NCBI GenBank assembly: GCA_023433265.1
Contig: JAEZDR010000064.1
Location: forward strand, 65-64,064
Reading direction: 5' to 3'
Source: Bacteroidota bacterium
Lineage (GTDB): Bacteria > Bacteroidota > Bacteroidia > Chitinophagales > Chitinophagaceae
Length of the DNA: 64,000 bases
The stretch's first letter is position 1; each line of letters opens with the position of its first letter. Positions 56,701-64,000 of the stretch are shown here, piece after piece. Below the pieces are notes generated by a model. That model did not search any database. It was not told the origin of the DNA and saw only the letters and a list, made by a program, of their open reading frames with translations. The translations under genes and the position numbers were made by a program.

Positions 56701-57148
56701 AATTGAAAACTGCGTCCTGGCTATTGCCAAAGCTAAGGCTGCGGCCAAAGCTGCCATTGTAGGTAAAGTTGCCGAAATTAAAGACCGTATTATCTGCGCC
56801 GCCACCCCTGTTTACCGCTGCAGGTGCATGGAAACGCCCTACCACACTATCATAGCTGAAGCGAAAGACCGGCTTATTGAAGCGCAAGGGAAAAACGCGA
56901 TACGTGACGGTGACGAACGTGCCCGGCGCAGCCTTTTTCCAGGAGAGGACTGCATTTACATAGTCGATAGCATAAAACGTAGTATCTATATCCCTTATGT
57001 ACAAGGTATTGGGTACAATACTCAGGCTATCCAAAACCACCGTACCGGTAGCGGGGATGCTCTTCGTACGCAGGTTAGAAGTTTGAGCAGATGCAGTGAG
57101 GCCGGTAAAGCACAAAAGCATTGATATATAGATGAGCCTGAGCTGCAT
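53711..57148 (-). CDS. Large outer-membrane beta-barrel-like protein of unknown function (~1145 aa)
   Basis: It has a signal peptide when started at the ATG at 57148 (MQLRLIYISMLLCFTGLTASAQ). The rest has a long alternating beta-strand-like composition rich in Y/F/N/R. I recognised no catalytic motif. Confidence 0.6.
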   Translation of the reverse strand: MQLRLIYISMLLCFTGLTASAQTSNLRTKSIPATGTVVLDSLSIVPNTLYIRDIDTTFYAIDYVNAVLSWKKAAPGTFVTVTYRVFPLRFNKPVFRFSYDSVVGRFHAPAAVNRGGGADNTVFNFGNFTYNGSFGRSLSFGNSQDAVFNSQLNLQLNGYIGDSIEVAAAITDNNIPIQPDGTTQQLNEFDRILLQFRKTNWELNLGDIDLRQNNLYFLNFYKRLQGLSYMQKWNAGTRVKNESLVSGAIAKGKFTRYIFMGQEGNQGPYRLQGANNEFFFIVLAGTERVFLDGEMLQRGEDQDYVINYNTAEIIFTPRRMITKDRRIQVEFENADRNYLNSMLYANHATKLGNKLTVRVGAYANTDAKNSPINQSLNDQQKQFLSNIGDSIANAFYPSFALDTFSAGKILYKRIELPTGDSIFVYSTHPDSARYSLNFLFVGDNRGNYIPFFNGANGKVYQYVAPVNGVPQGSFEPAVFLVTPKQHQVYSIATEYAIDNNTIIRTDLGLSNYNVNRFSSKNKSDDVGFAGRFHLLQNRQLRASAKQYNLSWFTAYEWIDKNFKPVERLRSVEFGRDWGLNFVPAPATEHLPSAGIAITDEKNNKLQYDFTAYLRSDEYNGYRHTVAHKQMFGQFTTDNLLNLTFINTPADKGYFLRPALQLSRQFPQLKNHTVGTSYALEHQEIRHRSSDTITPASFSFQTISAFVRSDVSKLNKWAFTYFTRQDKYPLARDLVVGDKSNNYNLQAEIFANPRHQFRFNATYRELFVFNNTLSRQKRDNSVLGRVEYLINEWKGLVHGSVLYELGAGQEPRRDFSYFEVPAGRGEYAWNDYNNDGIPQLNEFEIALFSDQAKFIRIFTPTNQFVKANYTQFNYNITLNPRAAFKQITNAAEFITRFLLQSSLQTGKKEISTGAASFNPFKSELQDTSLVQLNSTFSNTLSFNRFSSKWGIDFTNVRNYAKALLTYGLETRELNDWILRARLNFFSAYTVELVQKFTTNNLYTPAFANRNYQITSVQTEPRLSYTWQTKIRLLTSYQLIHKKNAGIYGGEKSINHIFNLEGKYNILQSMNLNAKFSYHRINYSGNTNTTVSYILLEGLLPGSNTLWNIDFTKRLLNNLELNFQYEGRKPSQANTIHIGRASIRAIL

Positions 57149-57521
57149 TAGCTGTAAAACTGATAAATGGATTGTTTTATTGCGCAAAGTAATGGAAAGC
57201 TTAGAGCGGGGGCAAAGGCAATAGTGAATTGTGAATAGTGAATGCCTGTAGATGCATGATTTTGGTTGATTAATCGGCACACAGAGCATTTTAGATGTAA
57301 GAAAACATAATGGGTGATGTAGAGTATGAAAACCTGCAGTCATTGTGTGTTTTTACGTTCTTGTGTCGCTTTTGCGCTGGAGGTACCCAAAAAAAGCCGC
57401 GTTTTGATGACCAGGCAAAACGCGAAATACGATCCTTTATCAAGGTTTTAGCAACGCAGTTTGTTACTTAGGAGGCTGCTTTAGATTTTTTCGAGCATTT
57501 TTGCAGTCTGATTTCTTTTAA

Positions 57522-57935
57522 ATGAGCAACCGGGTAGCGATATACAGGAAAGAACACTTCAATGCAGCGCACAGGCTACACAACGCTGCATGGAGCGATG
57601 AGGAGAACCAACGATATTTTGGCAAGTGTAACCATGCTAATTATCATGGACATAACTATGATGTGGTTGTGAAGCTGGTTGGCGAACCTGACCCGGAAAC
57701 AGGGTTTGTCTATGATATAAAAGTGTTGAGTGATCTTATTATAGAACATATCATTGAGCCTTTCGATCATAAAAACCTGAACCTTGATGTCAAGGAGTTT
57801 GCAACCCTAAATCCAACAGCAGAAAACATTGCTATCGTAACCTTTAACAGGTTAAGGGACCAACTGCCAAAGCACCTCGAATTATTTGTGAGAATCTATG
57901 AAACAGAAAGAAACTTTGTTGACTACCCCGCCTAA
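57522..57935 (+). CDS. 6-pyruvoyl-tetrahydropterin synthase family protein (COG0720; Cx5HGH type rather than QueD Cx3HGH)
   Basis: The sequence is FNAAHRLHN...[36 protein letters not shown]. It is nearly collinear with the animal PTPS active-site block as I recall it. Confidence 0.8.
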   Translation: MSNRVAIYRKEHFNAAHRLHNAAWSDEENQRYFGKCNHANYHGHNYDVVVKLVGEPDPETGFVYDIKVLSDLIIEHIIEPFDHKNLNLDVKEFATLNPTAENIAIVTFNRLRDQLPKHLELFVRIYETERNFVDYPA

Positions 57936-57948
57936 CCACTTACCCACT

Positions 57949-58542
57949 ATGTACAAAAAAGAAGAATCATTTAGTGAGAGCGTCACGGAACAACTTCAAC
58001 ACCATTACCGTTCTATTATTGAACTGCTGGGTGAGGATGCAGACCGTGAAGGATTGGTAAAGACACCTGAGCGAATTGCCAAGGCAATGCTTTATGGCGT
58101 GCAGGGTAACGGGCAGGACCCGGCAGCTATACTTAGAAGTGCAATGTTTAAAGAGGAAGTGAAGGAAATGATCATTGTCCGTGATATTGAACTGTACAGT
58201 ATGTGTGAGCACCATATGCTTCCTTTTTTCGGTAAAGCCCACGTAGCCTATATCCCTAATGGTTATATAACGGGACTAAGCAAGCTCGCGCGCGTAGTAG
58301 ACGTGTTTGCAAGAAGGATGCAGGTGCAGGAAAGGCTTACCCACCAAATCAGGGATGTGATACAGAATACCCTGAACCCTCTTGGGGTGGCAGTCGTAAT
58401 AGAAGCGAGGCACCTGTGTATGATGATGCGCGGGGTGCAAAAACAAAATAGTATTACAACTACCTCTGCTTTCGGTGGCGAGTTTATGAAGGATCCAACA
58501 AGAAAAGAGTTCCTCAGCCTTATAGCGACTCCGGTAAGATAG
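57949..58542 (+). CDS. folE: GTP cyclohydrolase I (type 1)
   Basis: The motifs are [36 protein letters not shown] and [10 protein letters not shown]. The start is at the ATG at 57949, inside ORF 57898..58542. Confidence 0.92.
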   Translation: MYKKEESFSESVTEQLQHHYRSIIELLGEDADREGLVKTPERIAKAMLYGVQGNGQDPAAILRSAMFKEEVKEMIIVRDIELYSMCEHHMLPFFGKAHVAYIPNGYITGLSKLARVVDVFARRMQVQERLTHQIRDVIQNTLNPLGVAVVIEARHLCMMMRGVQKQNSITTTSAFGGEFMKDPTRKEFLSLIATPVR

Positions 58543-58576
58543 GAGATGCGAAACCTACACCCTGACGCGACGAAGA

Positions 58577-59938
58577 TCAGCGATTGGTGATCGTACTGGC
58601 AAGCTCTGTGACGTCTATTCCATCGTAGTTTCCGCTGCTCATGAGTAACAGGGCCGTATCATTATAATCCTGGGCTTTGAGCCAGGCTTCCAGTTCTGTC
58701 CTGGAAGTAAACACGACGAGGTCCGGCCGATTGAAGCCGGCCTTAACCTTAGAAGGATCGAGGAATGGCATACGCTTAATTTCCAGAGCGTGGCTGGAAT
58801 AAAACACCACTGCAACATCGGCACCGTTCAATGCACCTTCATATTCGCTCATGAAAGCCTCGTTCAGGCTACTGTATGTGTGAAGTTCAAGTATAGCAAT
58901 TACCTTTTTCCCAGGAAACTGGTCGCGTACGGCCTGCATTGTTGCCTTCACCTTGCTGGGTGCATGGGCAAAGTCGCGGTATACAATTGTTCCGTTACCA
59001 GATGCCAGTAGTTCCAACCTCTTGGCTGCGCCCTTAAAGGTGGCAATGGCTTCCAGGAAAGCCTCTGCAAAAATGTGTTGTGTTTTACACGCGTAATAGG
59101 CTGCCTGCAGGTTAAGTAGGTTATGGTTTCCAAAAACATTGAGCCTGCCTTTATGACCATCGAGTGTTGTAACAGTTTCGCCATCTTTTATTTCATGCTC
59201 AGGCAAACCATAGGGTTGATATTGTATATCGTCTCTTTTGGTTTCCTCCACCAGTTTCACCAGTGTTTCATCTGTAGCATTATAGATCAGAAGCCCTTCT
59301 TTTTCAATCTTCCCGATGAAGATGCGGAACTGTTCTAAATAAAAATCGAACGTCGGGAATACATTAATGTGATCCCAGGCTATACCTGTCAGAATGGCAA
59401 CATGGGGATACAGGAAGTGAAACTTGGGCCTTTTTTCCAGTGCGCTGGCTGGATATTCGTCGCCTTCGCAAACAATAACGGGCGCATCGGTAATGTTTAC
59501 ACTTTGGTCGAAACCTTCGAGCTTAGCCCCTACGAGGTAATCAAACTTCAGCGATTCATGCCTTAATACGTGCATGATCATACTGGTAGTGGTGGTTTTG
59601 CCATGGCTCCCCCCAACTACAATCCGCTGCTTTTCCAGGCTTTCCTGGTAGATGTATTCAGGAAATGAATAAATAGACAGGCCCAACTGTTTTGCTTTAA
59701 GCAATTCAGGGTTATCATCCTTGGCGTGCATACCTAAGATAATAGCATCCAGGTCGGGCGTTATGAGGGCCTCGTTCCATCCGAATCGCTGTGGCAGTAA
59801 GCCTTCGCGCTCCAAATTTGTTTTGGCGGGTTCAAAAATTTCGTCGTCGGTACCTGTAACAATATAACCTTTTCTTTTTAAGGCTATTGCAAGTTGGTGC
59901 ATTACGCTACCCCCTATAGAAATAAAATGAATTTTCAT
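58577..59938 (-). CDS. mpl: UDP-N-acetylmuramate:L-alanyl-gamma-D-glutamyl-meso-diaminopimelate ligase (murein peptide ligase)
   Basis: It is a Mur ligase (VGGSHGKTTTT) with the Mpl-style N-terminus MKIHFISIGGSVMHQLAIALKRKGYIVTGTD. It lies outside the dcw cluster. Confidence 0.75.
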   Translation of the reverse strand: MKIHFISIGGSVMHQLAIALKRKGYIVTGTDDEIFEPAKTNLEREGLLPQRFGWNEALITPDLDAIILGMHAKDDNPELLKAKQLGLSIYSFPEYIYQESLEKQRIVVGGSHGKTTTTSMIMHVLRHESLKFDYLVGAKLEGFDQSVNITDAPVIVCEGDEYPASALEKRPKFHFLYPHVAILTGIAWDHINVFPTFDFYLEQFRIFIGKIEKEGLLIYNATDETLVKLVEETKRDDIQYQPYGLPEHEIKDGETVTTLDGHKGRLNVFGNHNLLNLQAAYYACKTQHIFAEAFLEAIATFKGAAKRLELLASGNGTIVYRDFAHAPSKVKATMQAVRDQFPGKKVIAILELHTYSSLNEAFMSEYEGALNGADVAVVFYSSHALEIKRMPFLDPSKVKAGFNRPDLVVFTSRTELEAWLKAQDYNDTALLLMSSGNYDGIDVTELASTITNR

Positions 59939-60037
59939 GAAATGTATTTATCGGAGCGCTTTTTTTGGTTTTAAGGCACCTATTTTGTTTAACACCCCTA
60001 TATTTGAAATCAGAAATCGCAAATTAATTGAATTAGT

Positions 60038-60157
60038 ATGAAAAAGTTAACCGTAGTATTGATGTTGATGGCAATGGTAAGCACTACCGTAATGAGTTGT
60101 GCTTCTCAGAGGGGTACCGGTTGTCCTACTACTAACAAGAAGTATTTTAGGGCATAA
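60038..60157 (+). CDS. Small lipoprotein (39 aa), not in the ORF track
   Basis: The ATG at 60038 gives MKKLTVVLMLMAMVSTTVMSCASQRGTGCPTTNKKYFRA* with the stop at 60155-60157. It has a classic signal peptide with the lipobox VMSC. Confidence 0.4.
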   Translation: MKKLTVVLMLMAMVSTTVMSCASQRGTGCPTTNKKYFRA

Positions 60158-60195
60158 TACAGGTTTACTGTTTTTAAAATCTTTGCACGAGAGAA

Positions 60196-60528
60196 ATGGT
60201 GGAGTGGATTGAGCTTAACAGCCAGGACCAGCTAACGGAGATTAAACAGAAATCTAGTACACGAGCACAAATCATTTTTAAACACAGCACCCGCTGTAGT
60301 ATCAGCAGCATGGCACTCAACAGGCTTCAACGGTCTGAAGTGCCAGGCGATGCTGATTTTTATTTATTGGACCTTATCAGGTTTAGAAACATTTCCAACG
60401 CCATCGCAACCGAGTTTGGCGTAGCACACGAAAGCCCGCAGGTTTTAGTTATAAAAAACGGTACCTGTACCTACAATGAAAGCCATATGGGTATAGATAT
60501 GAAGGGCATACAGGAACAAGTGGCATAA
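60196..60528 (+). CDS. ytxJ: Bacillithiol-system thioredoxin-like protein YtxJ
   Basis: The 110-aa protein contains IIFKHSTRCSISSMA (a T-x-C-x-x-S monothiol motif). Its size and pattern fit YtxJ/DUF2847. Confidence 0.7.
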   Translation: MVEWIELNSQDQLTEIKQKSSTRAQIIFKHSTRCSISSMALNRLQRSEVPGDADFYLLDLIRFRNISNAIATEFGVAHESPQVLVIKNGTCTYNESHMGIDMKGIQEQVA

Positions 60529-60547
60529 ATATTTCAGCTTTTCTTTT

Positions 60548-61186
60548 ATGGTAATAACAATTTTTGGTGCCAGCGGCCGCGTGGGCTCGAGGCTGGTCAG
60601 CATTGCCCTTGCAAAAGGCCATGAGGTTAGAGCTTTTGGAAGAAATGTAGAACCGCTGATAGACGAAGAATTCAGGAATAAGCGGTTGCATGTTATAAGG
60701 GGTTACGTGTTCAATGAGCATGACGTTTACAATGCGTTAAAGGGCAGCGATGCTGTATTAAGTGCACTTGGCGGCGATACTTCGGGCACTGATAAAACCC
60801 GGAGCCTCGGAATGAAGAACATTGTTCAGCAGATGGAAAAAGCCGGTGTAAAGCGGATAGTGGCTGTGGGTGGCCTGGGCATTTTGGACGCCGGGGACGG
60901 CAAGATGATGCTGGACGCTGAAGACTATCCTAAAGAGTACCTTGCTGTAGGCAGGGAGCACCTTGAAGCTTATAACCACCTGCTACATTCTAACCTTGAT
61001 TGGACCATAGTAGGCGCTCCGGACATCATTGACGGTGACGAGGATGGCAGCTTCCTAACCAACGCAGATTATGCTCCGGAAGAAAACACCTATCGCATTA
61101 AGGCGGGTAACCTTGCGTTGTTTATGGTAGCGGAACTTGAAAAGAACGAGTATAGCAAGAAGCGGGTAGGGATAAGCGAACTTTAG
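60548..61186 (+). CDS. NAD(P)-binding atypical SDR (NmrA/flavin-reductase-like)
   Basis: The N-terminal Rossmann motif is MVITIFGASGRVGSRLV. The protein is about 210 aa. Confidence 0.7.
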   Translation: MVITIFGASGRVGSRLVSIALAKGHEVRAFGRNVEPLIDEEFRNKRLHVIRGYVFNEHDVYNALKGSDAVLSALGGDTSGTDKTRSLGMKNIVQQMEKAGVKRIVAVGGLGILDAGDGKMMLDAEDYPKEYLAVGREHLEAYNHLLHSNLDWTIVGAPDIIDGDEDGSFLTNADYAPEENTYRIKAGNLALFMVAELEKNEYSKKRVGISEL

Positions 61187-61600
61187 TTACGGGAATAATG
61201 TTATTGATATAATGAAAGATTGGTTCCTTCCGGGGTTAGGCCCCAGTTACGATGGAGAAAACCGGAAACAGAACACATTACGGTAACACTTCGAAGAACC
61301 AGAAATCCTGACCTTCGATTTGTCGCTGTCTTTGAAGCGATAAGTTACCTTTTTAACACGAAGTAAAAAAATATTATCCGGGTACCAGAAAGTTGCTCCC
61401 GGTGGATATCTCATGTACCATAAGCCTGGCGGTGTTTTTCACAAATCACGGGTTGGTATCACCTCGTCTCAGCATTTGCTTATCTAAAAATATACTTTAC
61501 CTTGTGTTTCTAATCCAAAACATAAGCTTATGCACAACTAACTGAACATTGGCTCAAACCAGCGCGCAATCCCCTTTTTCGAAACAATCAAAACAACTTT

Positions 61601-61897
61601 ATGATTAAAAAAACTAACACTAAAACAACGCGAGGCACTGATAGGTTCGGTCCAGCAAAACTCGCCCCTAACCCGGCGCAGAACTTCGTACAGGTGCAGT
61701 TTGCAACCGGTAACCCAAGGGCGGGCGTGGAGGTCGAACTGATGGATATGAATGGTAGAATGGTAAGATTCTTCAAGCTAAACGGTAATGCAAGCAGCTT
61801 TATGATACCGTTAGTCGGTCTGCAAAAAAGTTTTTATATTGTTCGTCTAAAACAAGACGGAAAAGTTTTGCAAACAGAAAAGTTGATTATCAATTAA
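61601..61897 (+). CDS. Orphan T9SS C-terminal sorting domain ORF (no signal peptide, no cargo domain); probable gene remnant
   Basis: The 98-aa product is little more than a CTD (LAPNPAQNFVQVQF...FYIVRLKQDGKVLQTEKLIIN). An in-frame stop lies upstream at 61523, and about 400 bp of non-coding DNA precedes the ORF. Confidence 0.45.
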   Translation: MIKKTNTKTTRGTDRFGPAKLAPNPAQNFVQVQFATGNPRAGVEVELMDMNGRMVRFFKLNGNASSFMIPLVGLQKSFYIVRLKQDGKVLQTEKLIIN

Positions 61898-61903
61898 GAG
61901 TCA

Positions 61904-61937
61904 ACCCGCCCCCTTTTCCAAAGGGGGCGGGTTTTTA
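61904..61937 (+). terminator. Intrinsic terminator
   Basis: The hairpin ACCCGCCCCCTT-TTCC-AAGGGGGCGGGT is followed by TTTTT. Confidence 0.85.
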
Positions 61938-61949
61938 AACTTTGCACGC

Positions 61950-62684
61950 ATGAAAAAAGCTACCCTCCTCCTGTTATCGTTGCTTTCAATCTACACCCTT
62001 AGCTATGCCCAAAGCTGGCAGTGGGGCAAAAGAGCCGGGAACGACGCTAATGGCTCGGGTACAATTGTCACAGATGAAGACCTCAAAGACATTACGGTAG
62101 ACAACGCGGGCAATGTGTATTTCATCGCCACCGTGCAAGGCCAAGGAGGCGCAATATCCATTGATGGAAGACCTGGAACCTTTACCGGTTATGGTGGTCG
62201 TGACATATTGGTGTGCAGCTATACCTGCAACGGAAATTTCAGATGGAAAAAAACGATTGGTGGAGCAGTAAATGATGGAAACAGCCATTTGTCAATTGGC
62301 ACAGACACCCTTGGTAACGTGTTCTTTTCCGGCTTCGTTTCTCAATCTCCTTCAACACCGGCAAAATTCGACGCAGATACTACGTTGAGCACAGCGAATC
62401 CCAAGGGCTTTTTTGTAGCGAGGTACGATACTTCAGGTAACTTTAAGTGGCTGAGGATGCCTGCCCCGGATACAATTTCCTATATCACGAAAAGTCGCTA
62501 TCCCATATTTGATATGTGGGTAAACAAGGATGGTACCGTGGACTTATTGACTTTTATTCAACAAGGTGGACCCATTGGTAATAGTAACACGTTTTACGCT
62601 GACAGTTCCAGAGCCTACATTCTCAGTTACAGTCTCACAGGCAATATCACACGTTTTATCAAGCCGCACCTTACGATGCGCTAA
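61950..62684 (+). CDS. N-terminal fragment (signal peptide plus beta-propeller repeats) of a T9SS cargo gene split by an in-frame TAA
   Basis: It has a signal peptide (LLLLSLLSIYTLSYAQ). It carries SBBP-like repeats (GNVYFIA...NGNFRWKK; GNVFFSG...SGNFKWLR). It ends at the TAA at 62682-62684, in the same frame as the next ORF. Confidence 0.6.
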   Translation: MKKATLLLLSLLSIYTLSYAQSWQWGKRAGNDANGSGTIVTDEDLKDITVDNAGNVYFIATVQGQGGAISIDGRPGTFTGYGGRDILVCSYTCNGNFRWKKTIGGAVNDGNSHLSIGTDTLGNVFFSGFVSQSPSTPAKFDADTTLSTANPKGFFVARYDTSGNFKWLRMPAPDTISYITKSRYPIFDMWVNKDGTVDLLTFIQQGGPIGNSNTFYADSSRAYILSYSLTGNITRFIKPHLTMR

Positions 62685-62726
62685 TCATTTTCCGGTGACA
62701 CGCTAACTCAAATCAGTTCTATTAGA

Positions 62727-64000
62727 ATGGCGAGAACTAACAATGGGAATTACATTCTTGCAGGAACTGTAAATTTTGGGGGCCCTCCTGATATCAACAA
62801 GTATCCCTTTTATATCGGTGGCCAGCAGGTGACGAGTCAAATGTTTGTTGGCTATTTTGATACAGATTGGAAGTATAAATGGATGAGGCAGGGAGGCTCT
62901 ATTGGAGGTGGTTTTTTTGGAAGGCCGGCTGTGGATGAGCAAAACAATATTTACCTGGGAGGGCAAGCTTCTCCCAACTTCATTTTTAATGGATATACTG
63001 TTACGAATACTCTGGGGTCTGGTGCAGTTCCACTTGTAGTAAAGCTGGATACATCTGGAAACAATATATGGATAAAAAATGCAAGTGCTTATCACGGTGT
63101 TTGGGGTATTTCACCAGTAGTCACCAATGGTGTTGTGTACATGCCGGGAAGCTACCCGAACACCCGGGTGACATGGGACAGTTACTCCATAGGTTCAGAT
63201 GTAATGAACCAGGGATACGACCCATACTTAGCGAGATTTAATGCTTTAACAGGTGCGGTGCTTGGTATTGACACGCTAAAAAGCAATACCGGTTTTTATG
63301 AGCGGTTCAACATGGCTGCAGCCGACAGCCGGGGCAATGTGTACCTCGGCGGCTATATGGAATATAACCTCACCATCGGCACTACAGGTACCGGCATTGT
63401 TACGGCCGGTGGCCTCACGGATATGATGCTAATTAAGTACGGCAATGCTGGCTGTGCCGGTAGCGTTGTGCCCCTTAAACTGCTGTCGTTTACTGCCAGG
63501 CTACATACCAATGGCAAAGACGTACACTGCAACTGGAAAACCGAAAACGAGATCAACACAAGTAGCTTTGTTGTGCAGCGTAGCGCTGATGGAAAAGAGT
63601 TTACTGATGCTGGTACTGTGCAGGCGGCGGGCAACAGCAGCACCACACGTGAGTATGCATTCACCGACCCCGCTCCTTTTGTAAACAGCAGCACACTGTA
63701 CTACCGCCTGCGTATGGAAGATAAGGACGGCAGCCTAACTTATAGCCATATGGCAAGAGTTAATCTGCCGCTGCAACAAGGAAGAATAAACGTCTTTCCC
63801 AATCCTGCAGCTAACCTCCTGCACGTAGAAGGCAGCGACATCAAAGAGATACAATTGCTGGATTACCTGGGAAGGTCAGTATATAAACTGGCAACCACAG
63901 GCAATCGCAATGCGTTGCATGTTGCACACCTTCCGGCCGGAATGTACCTTTTGAAAGCCATCACTGGCAATAACCAGATAATCACTGAGAAAGTTGTGAT
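62727..64000 (+). CDS. C-terminal fragment of the same T9SS cargo gene (propeller repeats, pre-CTD domain, type A CTD); runs to the window edge
   Basis: This gene is not in the ORF track because it has no stop in the window. Manual translation gives MARTNNGNYILAGTV...GNNIWIKN...RGNVYLGGY...VFPNPAANLLHVEG...GMYLLKAITGNNQIITEKVV. It has no signal peptide. It is in frame with 61950..62684 through 14 sense codons. Confidence 0.6.
   Translation, partial: MARTNNGNYILAGTVNFGGPPDINKYPFYIGGQQVTSQMFVGYFDTDWKYKWMRQGGSIGGGFFGRPAVDEQNNIYLGGQASPNFIFNGYTVTNTLGSGAVPLVVKLDTSGNNIWIKNASAYHGVWGISPVVTNGVVYMPGSYPNTRVTWDSYSIGSDVMNQGYDPYLARFNALTGAVLGIDTLKSNTGFYERFNMAAADSRGNVYLGGYMEYNLTIGTTGTGIVTAGGLTDMMLIKYGNAGCAGSVVPLKLLSFTARLHTNGKDVHCNWKTENEINTSSFVVQRSADGKEFTDAGTVQAAGNSSTTREYAFTDPAPFVNSSTLYYRLRMEDKDGSLTYSHMARVNLPLQQGRINVFPNPAANLLHVEGSDIKEIQLLDYLGRSVYKLATTGNRNALHVAHLPAGMYLLKAITGNNQIITEKVV

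Noticed and set aside
57399-57425. The hairpin CGCGTTTT-N11-AAAACGCG upstream of the PTPS-folE pair as a preQ1 or THF riboswitch
   Set aside because: I could not recognise any conserved riboswitch core sequence around it. It lies about 100 nt upstream of the -7-like box (cATTTTTG, about 57499-57506), so it is probably outside the transcript.
62703-63694. Minus-strand ORFs 62703..63095 and 63353..63694, and plus-strand ORF 63445..63684
   Set aside because: They overlap the long open plus-strand frame that encodes propeller repeats and a T9SS CTD, and they have no features of their own.

Overview
This window looks like a chromosomal segment from a Bacteroidota genome, probably a Chitinophagaceae or Sphingobacteriia-type organism. 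The taxonomic call is an inference from four things: several type IX secretion (T9SS) C-terminal sorting domains, TAnnTTTG-type -7 promoter boxes, a dcw cluster without murF, and a bacillithiol YtxJ homolog. About half of the window is core genome. The core part holds the rpsF-rpsR-rplI operon (9.5-10.8 kb), a ROK kinase plus MFS sugar transporter, glgA-glgC, clpB, hpf and a complete 13-gene dcw cluster running mraZ-rsmH-ftsL-ftsI-murE-mraY-murD-ftsW-murG-murC-ftsQ-ftsA-ftsZ on the minus strand (35.8-52.1 kb). It also holds queA, a large outer-membrane barrel-like protein, a PTPS-folE pair, mpl, ytxJ and an NAD(P)-binding protein. The rest is accessory cell-surface cargo. (i) At 1.5-9.5 kb there is a tandem array of three paralogous ~800-aa delta-60-repeat beta-propeller genes. 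The third copy carries an in-frame TGA. The array is wedged against the 3' end of rplI, and each junction carries copies of the rplI terminator hairpin and relics of the rplI 3' coding end. (ii) At 12-16 kb there is a lower-GC islet of lipoproteins of unknown function with a divergent XRE regulator. (iii) At 16.5-24.1 kb there is a 2525-aa T9SS protein containing three ~1.69-kb tandem beta-helix modules. (iv) At 26.9-28.5 kb there is a Kelch-type propeller whose C-terminus matches that of the delta-60 proteins. (v) At the right edge there are more T9SS cargo genes, one of them interrupted by an in-frame TAA. I recognised no rRNA, tRNA, CRISPR array, transposase or integrase. The most promising undescribed biology is the delta-60 array: four propeller proteins share a ~75-aa C-terminal module that is not a T9SS CTD, the genes share a 14-bp palindromic operator candidate, and the junction sequences look recombinational. 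All calls come from reading the sequence and the supplied translations by eye. No database search was run.
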